Source: the human T2T-CHM13v2.0 reference genome, Homo sapiens. Taken from it: a stretch of 64,000 bases of DNA. Positions 36,425 through 54,406 of the stretch are shown piece by piece. The notes under the pieces were generated by a model. That model made no database searches and was not told the DNA's origin. It worked only from the letters and a program-made list of their open reading frames with translations. Position numbers and translations under genes: made by a program. How positions within the stretch are numbered: position 1 is the first letter of the stretch; each line of letters opens with the position of its first letter. Location: the NCBI RefSeq assembly GCF_009914755.1, contig NC_060925.1; one strand, 5' to 3'.

Positions 36425-37232
36425 AGTAACCTATAAAAATCTAAGGGGGCGGGCGGTCCCTCTTGCCCTTAACATCGTTGAATCTGCTTGAGTATAACTC
36501 CCTTAAGTCTATTGAAATATTCTTACCCCTGGTGTTTTAAGAAATCATTTGAAAAATACCTCTCACACCCAGAAGGAAAATATGGAGTAGAAGTGTAGGG
36601 TAAATGGTGCTCCAACTCCCCACCAGCCACCAAGAGAGCTCTATTTCCATTTTGTATTTTGTCCATTTTTACCATTCAGTCTCCATCTCCTCGAGACTAT
36701 CTGTAACCTAGTTTTACAAATTATTCTCTCAGTAATAACCTATTGCAGTTCCCTTCTTCCTGGTTTATTCAAATGAACTGAACTGCTGTTTTTTTTCCCT
36801 TTGATGTACAACCTCCCGCCTCCTAGCCTATCGGGCCAGCCTTCCTTCCAGCAGGCAGTAGGGGGAGGGATCTATTTCTGAGCCTCGGTAGAGCCTCAGA
36901 AGCTGTTTCCCTGAATCCCTCTGTGATGAGAGCCTAGTGGTCAACAGGTACCTATCACAAAAGGCTGTATTCCAGGAGAAAACTCTTTCCCCATCTAAGG
37001 AAGGGAAACGACTAGAAGTTGAGGCTACCCACCACCACCTCCCTGAAAACATTACAGACTTCAGGGACTCAATGATAACCAATGTGTATCTGTGTCCTGT
37101 ATACACATAGGGTTTGTTCTTTGTCTTTGTTCTTTAATTTGCTGGGGAAGGAAATACAGCCTCGGGCTAGCTTTCACCATTGCACCTGGGAGTGCTGGCC
37201 GAGACAAGAAAAGCCAACAAGAATATTGACTA

Positions 37233-38442
<1,210 letters not shown>

Positions 38443-38654
38443 TAGTTAACAAAGTTGCTTTGTTAGTTTGGTTATTTTTATATCAATAAAGGCCACAAGA
38501 TGGAAATAGGAGCAGGACAAGAGGAAGGAAATCCCTTGGGGTGAGTGTGGCTCTGGAAGGGAAGAGGTTAAATTATAAAGGAAGGGAATGAACCATAGGC
38601 CAAGGAGGATCCTGGCACATGGCAACTGGTAAAACTTGGAGGATGAACAAGGTC

Positions 38655-38985
38655 TGGTCTCACAAACTCATAAGCTACAGAGACCAGTGCGATCTCAGAG
38701 GAGAGCTGCTGGAATGGGGACAGTAGGGAGTGCAGGAGGTGAGAGTAAACTGGAGATCCATGCCCATAACAATGGGATAACCAACACCCAACTCCGGCCA
38801 GGTCTTTTCAGATGGTAGTGTGGGTCGTGGTTGCCAGCCTTTCCAATATACCAAGAAAATCCACAAGGCTAGATTTTTCTAGGAAATCTCTCTGTTGTCA
38901 ATATTGGATCAAAAGAAAAGTTTTGAAACACTAGGTAGACCCAGAGAAAAATGCTTGCAGGTGAATTTGGGTAGTCCGACTCATG
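38655..38985 (-). mobile_element. MER102-like hAT fossil
   Basis: ggtctcacaaactcataagctacagagaccag and gttgccag..aaatctc motifs. Confidence 0.55.
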
Positions 38986-40254
38986 GGATCTCTGAGGGGC
39001 CATTCTCATCTAAGGTGCTGTGGTACATGCCCACTCTGCTGGTTGATGAAAGGGAGACAGGTTTCAGCTCACACAAGATGGAATTTACCACCAGTCTATG
39101 CTGGCAAACAGTGAGCAGGCTGGGCAGAGGAGTAGTAAGCATTCCCTGGGGCACCGGGCTCCGCACAGGCCAGGAGCTGTCACAGGAGCTAAAGCAGGGA
39201 TTCCTGTGCCATCTCCGGTCCCTTCTGGATCTGAGATTCAGGAATTCTGGGGCTGTGATTCCTTGAAGGCAGAGCCGGGAACATGAAAACCGTAGACACT
39301 AATCAATGCCTGTAGTGCTAACAGCTCAGACCCCTGGGCAATTGTTCTTGAGCTTGGTCCTGTCATTCCCTCTGCTGTGTAGGAATGAGGAAAAGAAGTC
39401 GCGTGAGTCCCTGCTCCCTAGAGGTCTTTGCCTTGGTTCATAATACTGACAGTTTGCAAAATCAAGCTGCTTTTATTCTCTCTCAGCCAGTGAGTCCCTG
39501 ACACAAACTGCAGAGCTAAACAAGCAATTTTCCAGCCCAGCTGTTCAGGCACACTCTGAGTTTAAACGCACTCTTCTTTAAAAACCACCAGGAGCTGTAT
39601 CCTCCCCCATGCTTGTTTCCTCTCCTGTTAACCCAGCAGAAAGTAGGTTCTACAAGGTAGCAGTGCTTAACATGCTGGTGCCTGCAGATCCTCCACTGGA
39701 CGCTACCCTCCTTCCCCTGTGGAGTGATGACGGGATGCCCCACTTGTTTAGAATGAAACCCCAAACTCCAGTGTGTGTGCGTTCTCTGTTCTTTCCAGGT
39801 GGGGCCTGCCTGGGCTTCTCGCTGTCTGGTGGAGCCCCACTATGCCTTTAAAAGCAGGGCCTTTGATCATTTCTGACTTTTAGCAGCAGATAGTCAAATG
39901 AGGGGGAGGTGGCAGGGCTTTGCCAACCAGACCCCTGATGTGGACGAGTTGAAAACCCAGGCTGCAAATGTTAATATTGTCACATGCTAGGAAATCTCTG
40001 CTTCAATTCACCAGATACTAGTTAGTCATTGGCTTGTGAAGTCTGTAATCCCTCTCGTTTCTGGCTTTGCTTACAACCCTGCACCCTGGGTGCTGGAGCA
40101 GACTCTCAGGAAGGGAGATGGTGCCAAGCCCTGTTCCTGTCTTTCTTGGTCTGCATGCCAGCTTAGGCCAGGTTTTTATTGAGCTTCAGGATCGGATCTT
40201 CGTTATAGGCGGGGAGGACAGTGTAGGTAAAGCCTACTGACAAGTGCCTTAGAC

Positions 40255-40919
40255 CCCTTGCACTGCCATAAAAAATATCTTAGCCTGGGTAACTCATAAA
40301 CATCTTTTTTTCTTTTCTTTTTTTGAGACAGGGTCTCACTCTGTTGCCCATGCTGGAGTACAGTAGCACAATCTCCACTCATTGCAACATCCACTTCCCG
40401 GGCTCAAGCAATTCTCGTGCTTCAGCCTCCCTAGTAACTGGGATTACAGGTGTGCACCACCACACTCAGCTAATTTTTGTATTTTTAGTAGAGATGGGGC
40501 TTCACCATGTTGGCCAGTCTGTTCTCAAACTCCTGACCTCAAGTGATCCACCTGCCTTGGCCTCCCAAAGTGCTGGGATTACAGGCATGAGTCACCGTGC
40601 CTGGCCTCATAAATATCTTTATGAGTTGTTTATTGCTCACAATTCTAGAGGCTGGGAAGTCCAAGATCAAGGTGCTGGCAGATTCGGTGTCTGGTGAGAG
40701 CCCATTCTTTATGGGTGGTGCTCTCTATGTGTCCTCACGTGGCAGAAGGGCAAACAGCTTTCCTCTAGCCTCTTTTATAAAGGCACTTGTCCCATTCATG
40801 AGGGCTCTGCTTTCATGATCTCATCATCTCCCAGAGTCCCCACCTCTTAATACTATCACCTCGGGAATTAAGTTTCAACATATGAATTTTGGGGAGACAC
40901 CAGTGTTCAGACCATAGCA
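40255..40919 (-). mobile_element. MLT1A-type LTR interrupted by an antisense Alu (40305-40606)
   Basis: ggctgggaagtccaagatcaaggtgctggcagattcggtgtctggtgag...ttcagaccatagca. Confidence 0.85.
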
Positions 40920-41174
40920 CAAGCCATGCAGCACAATAGACAGAATGCATGTGGAGGCTAACACCAGAGAAGGTCATTTTTGGGGTTTACTCCATCTGGA
41001 CCACCCTCTGGCATCCCCAGGGTCAGTCTGTAAGTTGTAATTTTCTTATCTCTTTTCTATTCAGCCTCGGTGTCTGGATGCCCAGCCTAACCAAGTCAGC
41101 TTCCCATCTTTGGCTGAGACAAGGAGAACCCTGCTGGGCTAGGGGACCCAGGTAATGTTGCTCAGGCATTGTCC

Positions 41175-41480
<306 letters not shown>

Positions 41481-42809
41481 ATGGAAAAGACATTTTAATG
41501 CCACAAATGTAGGAAGAATATAATCTCCAATAATGGACAGTCTTTTGAAGGAAATCATTTAGCTTCGTCAAAAAACTGACCTCATTCTTATTTTTCTAAT
41601 TTCATCCCCCATGTGACATCCTTGTTACACACTCCCCGGCCCTCAGATGGGACTGGCACTTGGGTGCCTCTGGACTAGATTTCCACTTTTCATTTCTACT
41701 TTCTGTGCCTGTCTCCATGCTTTCTGCTTTGTGATGAAATGAGGATAGTCATAATGTTAGAAAAAGTTGTGCAAGACTTTGAAATGGCAAAAGAAGGTTG
41801 TTATTGGGCATTCTGTCTGTTTGCCTATGGGTTACCCCTGCCTTTCTTTCATTGTCTTTGAGCTATTTTATGACTCTGAAAATTGTAGAAAACTGATAAC
41901 AATGCAAATGATTTTGTCCATAGAAATGCAAATTATATCCATTGGAAATGCAACTGATTATTGCCCTATGGATATTGACCAGTTTTATATTTGTTAAGCA
42001 AATTAATGTCAGCATTCCCGATGGCTTCTGTATGCATCTGCTCTTTGGATTCTTTTTTGAGCGGTCGTAACATCTTACTAGTTCCCTTATTAATCGACGA
42101 GTTAAATCATTGGCATGTCTGAATTTCATGTTTGTAAGAGGTTGTATTTATACAAGGGCCTTGATTTTTACCTTTAAACATTTCTTTAACAATAACTCCC
42201 CTGAAGGTTGTTATGAGGCAGAATGAGATCATGGATAAGAGAGTGCCTGGCTCAGGGCCTGAATTCACCTCTCATAGTTGGGACAATCCTTGCTTCCTCC
42301 TGGTTTCTGGGCTCTAGGGCACCTTGTATTCTCACAAAAATAAATAAAATCTTTTAATTACACTTTTCACATTACAGCATTAGTAACTTTCATGAGAATT
42401 TTCACCTTTCAAAAGGAGACCCTAGGGAGACTATAATGCTTACCCAGAGGAATTCCTGCAATGGTGGAAATCCGGAGGGTGGAGTACACAGGTGCCACAG
42501 ATATTGGGGGCCAAGGGCCTTTAAAATAACCTGCCTAGGTGCTATTCAGCTGCAGAGGGCAGTTCAGTTCCCTGACCTTCACCCCTTCCCCCATGTTGGG
42601 AGTGCTGGCCTTACCATGGTAAGGAGAATGGTTACAACTTTGTACCAGGATTTAAAAATATATACTTTATTAAATCCGCTCCTCAGCTAAATCTGTGAGG
42701 TGAACATGTTTATCCTTGTTGTTGATGAGAAACTAGGACAGGTTAAATGACTCACCCAAGGTTATACAGCTAGGAAGTTGTTGTGCCAGGATTTAAATCT
42801 AATGCCAGG

Positions 42810-43109
42810 GGCCGGGCCCAGTAGCTCACGCCTGTAATCCTAGCACTTTGGGAGGCTGAGGTGGGTGGATCACCTGAGGTCAGGAGTTCGAGACCAGCCT
42901 GGCCAACATGGCCAAACCCCCGTCTCTACGAAAAAAATACAAAAATTAGCCAGGCGTGGTGGGAGGTGCCAATAATCCCAGCTACTCGGGAGGCTGAGGC
43001 AGGAGAATCACTTGAACCTGGTGAGGGCCGGGGGAGGGGTGGTGGAGGTTGCAGTAAGCCAAGATTGCACCACTTCACTCCAGCCTGGGCGAAAGCATGA
43101 AACTCCGTC

Positions 43110-43141
<32 letters not shown>

Positions 43142-43143
43142 AT
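42810..43143 (+). mobile_element. AluS with (TCAA)n tail, inserted in a MIR
   Basis: Sense Alu dimer. Confidence 0.92.
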
Positions 43144-46100
43144 AAATCCAAGGCCTAAATCCAAATCTCATGCTCTATCTGTGATCTGAGCCATGGAGTA
43201 GCCATTCTAATCAGGACTCTTTTTTTCTACTCCAAACTCATCACCACTGCCAAAATCCACTGCCAAGGGTTACACCTGGGCAAGGACATTGCTCCAGTTC
43301 AAATTCAAATGACCTGGGAGACAAAACCCACTTTTGTGAAAATATGTCAGAAAGAAATTGATCTGAACTTGGGAACAGGTTTTGATCCAAGGGCTAGTGT
43401 ACAGCCCAGGGAGGGCCAGCGGAAGTAAGAAGACAGCTCCATCCATCAGGAGCCTCTGTGTTCAGGGGACAGTGGGCAGGGGGTGGGTTGCCAGGAGAGG
43501 GAAGAAGCTGGGGAGGATCAAGGGAAAAAGTTAGGGGAAGAGCGCTGAGAGTTCACGCCCACTCTCCTGCTTGGGCCCTGATAACTGGGGAAGATTCAGG
43601 GCAGAGAAAGAGGAGTTTACAGGTCTCAGGAACTGAGGTGGGTTACACCCAGTAAATGACTTCCTAAAGGTCAACTAGCCAAAGCCATGCCCTCCTCTGT
43701 GGCCTGGGCCAGGTGGGGCAGGCCAGGTGGATGCTGGGATGGCCCAGAGGGCAAATAATGGACAATGAACCAGGCCAGGGCAGCATCTCTGCTGGGCGGG
43801 AAAAACAGGAAGCTCAGGCACATGCAAGCCAGGTAAGTGTGTGTCTTGAAGATGGATGAGAGTTCCCAGACAAGGGTGACCTTTTCTTTCACCTCGTCCA
43901 GCTAGACAGACGTGGTGGTTCCAAGGCCCCTTGTCATCTGCTGATTGCTTTGTGATTAATGTACAAGTCACTTATTCCCATCTCCTGTCCCTGCTCCATT
44001 CTCCCCCAGCTCCCGGGCAGACTCTTCTGCCCTTAGGTAATTTACTTAGAAATGATTGTCCCTAGAATCTCTCCATGTGCTTTGTGTACAGATAGTGACC
44101 AGGTTCTGCATGTGATTTCCCTGTGGAATTCCAACCAAGGACAGACAGGTGAGTCACAGCACTATGGAGAGACTTAAATATCTGCAATGAGCAAAGCAAG
44201 GCTCAGCCGGGGGCAGACTCAGTCCTGCAGGAATTGCCCTTCTTCCTGCATGGTTTTGGGGTCAGCTGGAGAGCAATGAGTTTGCACATGCTGGTCATTC
44301 ACCAGAGCTGCCTGTGGGGTCTCAACAGAGTTCCACCTAGAAGGGACAGCCTGACCCTGGTTTACCTGGGAACCAGAGAAAAGCAGCTGGAAGGCTACTC
44401 TCAAGTCACCAATACCAAGCCAGGTAGACCCTATCCCCTACAAATACAGGAAGCCAGTGGTCTCCAATGGACATTATTACTTCATTTTCACACATATTTT
44501 ATTCACTTTGACCTGGGGCTCAAAACACAGACTGCATATAAAATGGGTTTGATGCTGATTTGGCTACATGGACTTCATAATTCATCAGAGCAGGAAAGAC
44601 AGAATCATAAGCTGTTATTCATTCATTCAACAAATATTTACTGAACACCAGACAGGAGAGAGGGATTGCCTGTGTTAATTCATTAGGAAGAGCACATCGT
44701 ATTAATAATACTTCATGCTGTTCAGCTTTTCGTGCTGCAGCAGAAATTATTTAATTACCCTTTACTTCCACCCCGGCCTCCCTACCTTCCACTACAGAGC
44801 AGTTGAAAATGTTTTTGTTCAGTATGGGGAAGCTTTGTAAGGTAAAGGACAGGCAGGAGAGAAAGAATGCTCTATTTGCAAAACAAGGCCAGGGGTGTGA
44901 GCTCTTGAAAGACAGAGCAAAGTTATGACAGCCGGAGGAATGTGAATTCCTCCAACAGACCAAATGGGAGCTTCAGAAAAAAATTAATCTGGTGGCAGAA
45001 TATATCTGGCTTCAGACTTTTAAGTATGAAACTAGCTGCTGTGAGAATAGGAAGCCCACACTCAGAGCTCAGCCTGCCCTCTACAGAGCAGGCAGGCGTT
45101 CCTTTCCCTGGGGACTACGAAGAAGACAAGGGCTTCCGAAGGTGTCCCACACGCAGCCTCCCTCCTTCCCCAATTCCCCCTCCTGCTTCCACACTTATCT
45201 CTCCCCCAGTGAGTGATAGCCAAATCCTCTCCACTTGCAGATGTAGCCTTGGGAGGACAGCACAAGGGGATGCAGCCCTGGAGCAGCAGCAGGTGTGGCC
45301 CATCTGGACTCACCACTGCTGTGGAAAGGGGCCCCGGCCAGCTGGCCCTGTGGGCTGGAATTAGAGCAGTCGTAATGGGCTGTGTTACACAGTGTGCTCT
45401 TCTAATCAGATACATGTGGACATTAACTAATTAACGGCAGCCCTGTGAGTTAAGTATTGTGATGAGTGAATTTGACAGATGAAGTACAGAGAAGTTAAAT
45501 GACTTGCTTGGGGTCACACTGCTAGCAAGGGGTGGAACAGGGATTTGAATCTGGGCAGTTTGCCTCCAAAGTCCTCATAATTAACAGTGATCCATTCTGC
45601 CCTCCTATCTGACCATTTCTCTTATGTTAGACTCTTTTGAATGCAAGTGACAGAAACCCAAGCTAAGGATGCTCCAGGCAAGGAAGCAGCATTTGCAAGG
45701 CTTGGAGACCCAAAAGAAGGAAAGCGGTCAGGGAGGGTTCTAAGTTACTGGAAAGAGAGACAGAGGGAAGTCACAGGAGGACCTTCAATTGGGTCAGGCA
45801 CAGGGAGGCAGGGGCTCACCGCCATGGCCTGAGCTGAGGACACCAGTTGTCACTGGGGCTGGATGTGAGGAGAGACACTAGGGGACTAAGCATGGCCTGG
45901 AACCTGCTGCCTTCCTTGGCCCGCGCTCCTCACACCCTCCTACTCCCAACTCTCCTCTCTTTCCTCATTTATTATTATTATTTTTATTTTTTTGGTGGTT
46001 TTTCCAAATCTTTTTCCTGCTGCCGACTCCCCTGAAGTCCCTGAAGAATGAGGGCTTCACAGAAGCAGCTTTGATCTCTTTCAGTGGCTCCCAGAGGGGC

Positions 46101-47084
46101 TGTCTCTGGTGCAGATTAAGTGTGTAGTTTGACACCCATCCCATTAGTCCTGTTCTTTTAATTAAACATTCAGTAGGAGGATGGCGCTGTGGCTGGCATT
46201 GGGAGCCGGCAGGGGGCCACCGGGTACATTGAAGCCTTCTTTCTTTAGTGGGATTGCGTGCCTTGATTCATCTTTTTCCCCCTTTGCCACTCTCCACTTC
46301 CACCTCTGCCAGTTTTGATGTTTGAGTTCTCCCTGAATCCATACAGGATGCTGGCCATCTCAGGGAGGAGGGCAAGGCAAGCTGGCAACTTGGCCGAGCT
46401 CCTGTTGGACTGAGTGGTTTCCTCCTCGGGCTGTTGTGTGTGAACTTGAGTGAGCCATTCAACCTTCCTGGGTTTCTGTGTCCTAATGCATCAGACAGGG
46501 CGACTTGTGACTGCTCCTCCTGACCTCCTGTACAGGGAGAGGCTACAGGACAAATGGAACCAAGAGGAGACCCAGAAGGCAGAGGCCCGAGCAGTGTGTC
46601 CCTGAGATGCCCAGGTCAGGGCATGCCCTACCCCTTCCCACCAGCAAAAGTTCCAGCAGCAAGGAGGTTCCAGCTGTTCCCTTGGAATCTGTTAGGCTTC
46701 TGTGGTTGGGGGATGGGTGCAGGGAGGAGAGAAGAGACTGGAGATGATGCAGTGGCAGAGCAGGGGGTGGTGGGGTGAAGGCTGTGGGCCCACAAACTTG
46801 CTTATATGTACAAGGCTGCAATGAATGCAGCCTCTCCTTCCCTCCCCTCCAGCTAGCTGGAGTGCTAACTGGGGTGGACAGACAGGTTGGTTTGGGAGCA
46901 GGCGGCAGAGAGGAGATGGGCAGAGCCGGGAGCAGGAGGATGGGCCAGATAACCCTGGGACCTTTGTTCTATGACAGGCAAGTCAGCAGGATGTCAGGCC
47001 TGGCTTGATCTTACACCCCTCGACTGAATGCCCGGGAGTCCCTGAGCGTTGGGGCAGGAGGAGCCTTAGAGACTGTAAGGACAG

Positions 47085-47608
47085 TGTAACCGCCTAGTGG
47101 GTTCACCTTCCCTGCTGCCTAGACAGGGGAATTACAGTGAAGAAACAGTAATTCATGCAGAGCCAGCTGTGCGGGAGACCGGAGTTTTATTATTACTCAA
47201 ATTAGTCTCCCCAAGCATTTGAGCATTCAGGGATCAGAGTTTTTAAAGATAATTCAGTGGGTAGGGGCTTGGGAAGTGGTCAGTGCTGACTGGTCAGGTT
47301 AGAGATGGAATCATAGGGGGTCGGAGTGAGGTTTTCTTGCTGTTTTCTGTTCCTGGGTGGGATGGCAGAACTGGTGAAGCCAGATTACTGGTCTTGGTGG
47401 TGTCAGCTGATCCATCGAGTGCAGGGTCTGCAAAATATCTCAAGCACTGATCTTAGGTTTTACAATAGTGATGTTATTCCCAGGAACAATTTGGGGAGGT
47501 TCAGACTCTTGGAGCCATAGGCGACATGACCCCTAAACTGTAATTTCTAATCTTGTAGCTAATTTGTTAGTCCTACAAAGGCAGACTGGTCCCTAGGCAA
47601 GAAGGGGC
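47085..47608 (-). mobile_element. LTR8-family ERV1 LTR, 5'-truncated
   Basis: The minus strand ends GGCGGTTACA; internal GATCAGTGCTTGAGATATTTTGCAGACCCTGCAC and GGGAGACTAATTTGAGTAATAATAAAACTCCGGTCTCCC. Confidence 0.88.
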
Positions 47609-48159
47609 CCCTCTGGGCACCCAGCCTATTAGATGGTAACTATGCAGAGAGGAAAGGGCAGACTTAGTCCGGGTTCTGCCCCTCGTGCACTATGTGCCCT
47701 TGGCCAAAACACTTCCCTTCTCTGGGCCTGGTTTCCTCATCTGGGGTAACTATACCTGCCTTCTTGTGCCTCATGGGGTCAGAGGCTAAAATGAGGTCAT
47801 TCTCTCTTTTCTGGACATTTATAATTTAATTACAACTAGTTCTTGACCCTGAGAGATTCTTAAATGTGTCTATAAAATTTAGAAGGTCTGAGTTTTACTA
47901 ACCTGCATCATTTTTCTGGGATCCCAGGATTCCCAGACCAGAGGGTGGGGCAGGGCCCTGTGATATGTCTAACACACCCATGAGGCCTAGAGTGCACCCA
48001 CCACTGGCTGCAAAGCACTGCAGCTTTATAGGTCCTAGAGCGAAAAATGGTTTACATTTATTGAAGGCTTTTAAAAGAATGTTCCAGGTTCTCCATATCT
48101 GTTGTTTCATTGAAGTGTCACCATCTCATTAATGGCTATTGTCCTCATTTTATTTACGT

Positions 48160-51250
<3,091 letters not shown>

Positions 51251-51615
51251 TGACCCCTGTCACTGAGGCAGGGAGCAGAGGAGACTGGGAATTTGTGCTG
51301 ATGGTAAATAGATATGGTTTGAATCCTGGCCACTGCCCACCAGCCATGTGACCAAGACTTAACCATATTTTTTCGGGGTGTTATGCAGAGATAATGAGAT
51401 CAAAATTGTAAGGCATCTAGTACTGACATAATAAGCTCTCAACAAATGGTAGCTATTTAAGTGTTAATAACAAATCCTTTTCAGATGGTTTCTATAACAG
51501 TGAATTTGCAAATAGTTGGAACCTCTGAAGTGCTTCCTCTCCTGGACTGGAAACCCCTTGAGGTCAGTGGCCTTGTCTGCCTATTCACAATGTCCGTCTA
51601 GCACATGGTAGGCTC

Positions 51616-51617
<2 letters not shown>

Positions 51618-51650
<33 letters not shown>

Positions 51651-51660
51651 TTATTTATTT
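51618..51660. repeat. (TA)n/(TTTA)n microsatellite in an L2 tail
   Basis: Directly visible. Confidence 0.9.
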
Positions 51661-51709
51661 TTTGATGAATGAATAATCTAGACTATCCTAAATTCTGATA
51701 TCACGATTC

Positions 51710-52340
51710 CTTTCTAGTATTAAATTCCAAATTATAATACATGTTAATTGCAGAAAAATTGGAAAATATTTTTTAAAAATAGGAAAACAAAAAAATAGCT
51801 GTGATCCTAGTCCCTAGAGATAGCCACAGTTAATATTTTGATATATTTCCCTGCAGCCTTTTTTTCTGTGCTTATGCATATTTCAAAAATTTTATATTCT
51901 GGCTTTTCAGTTAACATAATGAGCATTTCCCTGTGTTACTAAATAATCTTCATAAACATAATTTTAAGTGCTACATATATTATTCTGTGCTATGAATGTA
52001 TCATAATTTATGTAACCAATACCCAGTGGTTGATATTTAAGTTGTTTCCATTTTTCACCATTATAAATAAAGCTACACTGAACATCCTTTTGCATAAATC
52101 TTTGTGTATATCTGAATTAAGATTTTCTACCAAGAATAAATTCTACAAAGTAAATTGCTGATTTAACAGTGAACATGTTAAGGCCCCAGGTAAATGTCTT
52201 GTTAAATGATTCTTCATAGAGGTTGCACTCATTGTCTGTCCTCCTGCTATCAAGGTATGAGAATTCTCACCACCAGAATATTGTTTAAAATGAAAGAGTC
52301 TTTGCCAAATGGAGAAGTGAGACACAAAGCCTATTTTTTC
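51710..52340 (-). mobile_element. Old L1M (L1ME-type) fragment
   Basis: tatcataatttatgtaaccaat..ttgtttccattttttcaccattataaataaagctacactgaacatcc. Confidence 0.7.
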
Positions 52341-52364
52341 ATGATGATCGCTCCTGTCTTTGAC

Positions 52365-52575
52365 AAGCATGGTGCTTGTCAACTTGACATTTTGGACTAG
52401 ATGGTTCCTGGTGTGAGGGGCTGCCCCGTGCATTGTAGGATGTTTATCAGCATCCCTGACCACCTACTAGATGTCAGTAGCACCCCCTTTCCCCCAGTTA
52501 TGATAACCAAAAATATCTCCAGACATCACCAAATGTCCCCTGGGGAACAAAATCGCCCCTGGTTGAGAATGATGG
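52365..52575 (-). mobile_element. MER20
   Basis: ctagatgtcagtagcac..ccaaatgtcccctggggaacaaaatcgcccctggttgagaa. Confidence 0.85.
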
Positions 52576-53532
52576 AGTTATACTGTATTAACTCTATTGG
52601 TTACAAGTAACAGAAACCAACTCTAAGCAAAAATGGGGACTTTGTGAGAAAAGTCTTAAGGTATCATGGAACCCAAAGGCATGGATGCAAGTGGGCCTCC
52701 CTCCTCTTTTCAGGGCTGCCTCATTCTTTTCTCTTGCTGTAGACTGGCTTTCTCTCTATTCTTGACTCCAAGGAGGAGAACGGCCACCACTAATATTTCT
52801 GAAGTTTATGTCCCTGTGTTTATGAGAAAGCCAGGCTACCCTGGAGTCTCTTGGTTCCAAATGCTCAGGGAAGGACTCTGAGATGCGCAGCTTAGGTGGG
52901 CTATGCACAGCTGGTCCCATCAGTGTGGCTGTCGGGACAGGAAGGACACGTGGCTCCTGGAGATCTTGTTGTATCCATGTGGATGTGCCTGTATTTCTAG
53001 AAAAAGGCTGCTGGGCAGCTGATCCCTTAGGACTCCCCTAGATGCCCACACAACAGAACACTGGACACTTTGGCTACAAGGCCAGGGACTGTCTATCTCA
53101 ACGGTGTACCCTTCATAGTTCAGCCTAGATGTCCAAGCTTGGCTTGATGGTGGCAACTGCTCTGCCACCCAGGCTTTGGTTTAGGGGTCTTTTGGGGGTG
53201 GAGGGGCCAATTCCTCTGTGACTGACTGGCTGATGCAGCTTACTTGAACAGATCCAGCCTAGAGAGCCAACTTTAGAGACTGGCGTTTGCAAGTCTGTAA
53301 TGGTGTTTGACAGGGGAAGTAGATGACTGCTGGTCCTCCTTCATAAACTCGGCCTTGGAGTGTGCAGCCACTGAGGTACAGGGGTCCCGTGCTGTCCCTG
53401 CACTAACTGGAGTGCTCAAAATCCAGCCTCTGCCTTCAAGAAGGGAGCAGGTCGGTGTGCAGTCAGCATGGCCCTGAGACCTAGCCCTGAGGACAGAGAC
53501 TGTCCCCTGTGGGCACCTGGAGCTGTTGGTAA

Positions 53533-54406
<874 letters not shown>

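Noticed and set aside
44037-44091. A GT-AG intron between the 27-nt and 57-nt exon candidates
   Set aside because: At 55 nt it is below the usual human minimum, so the two candidates are unlikely to be joined to each other.
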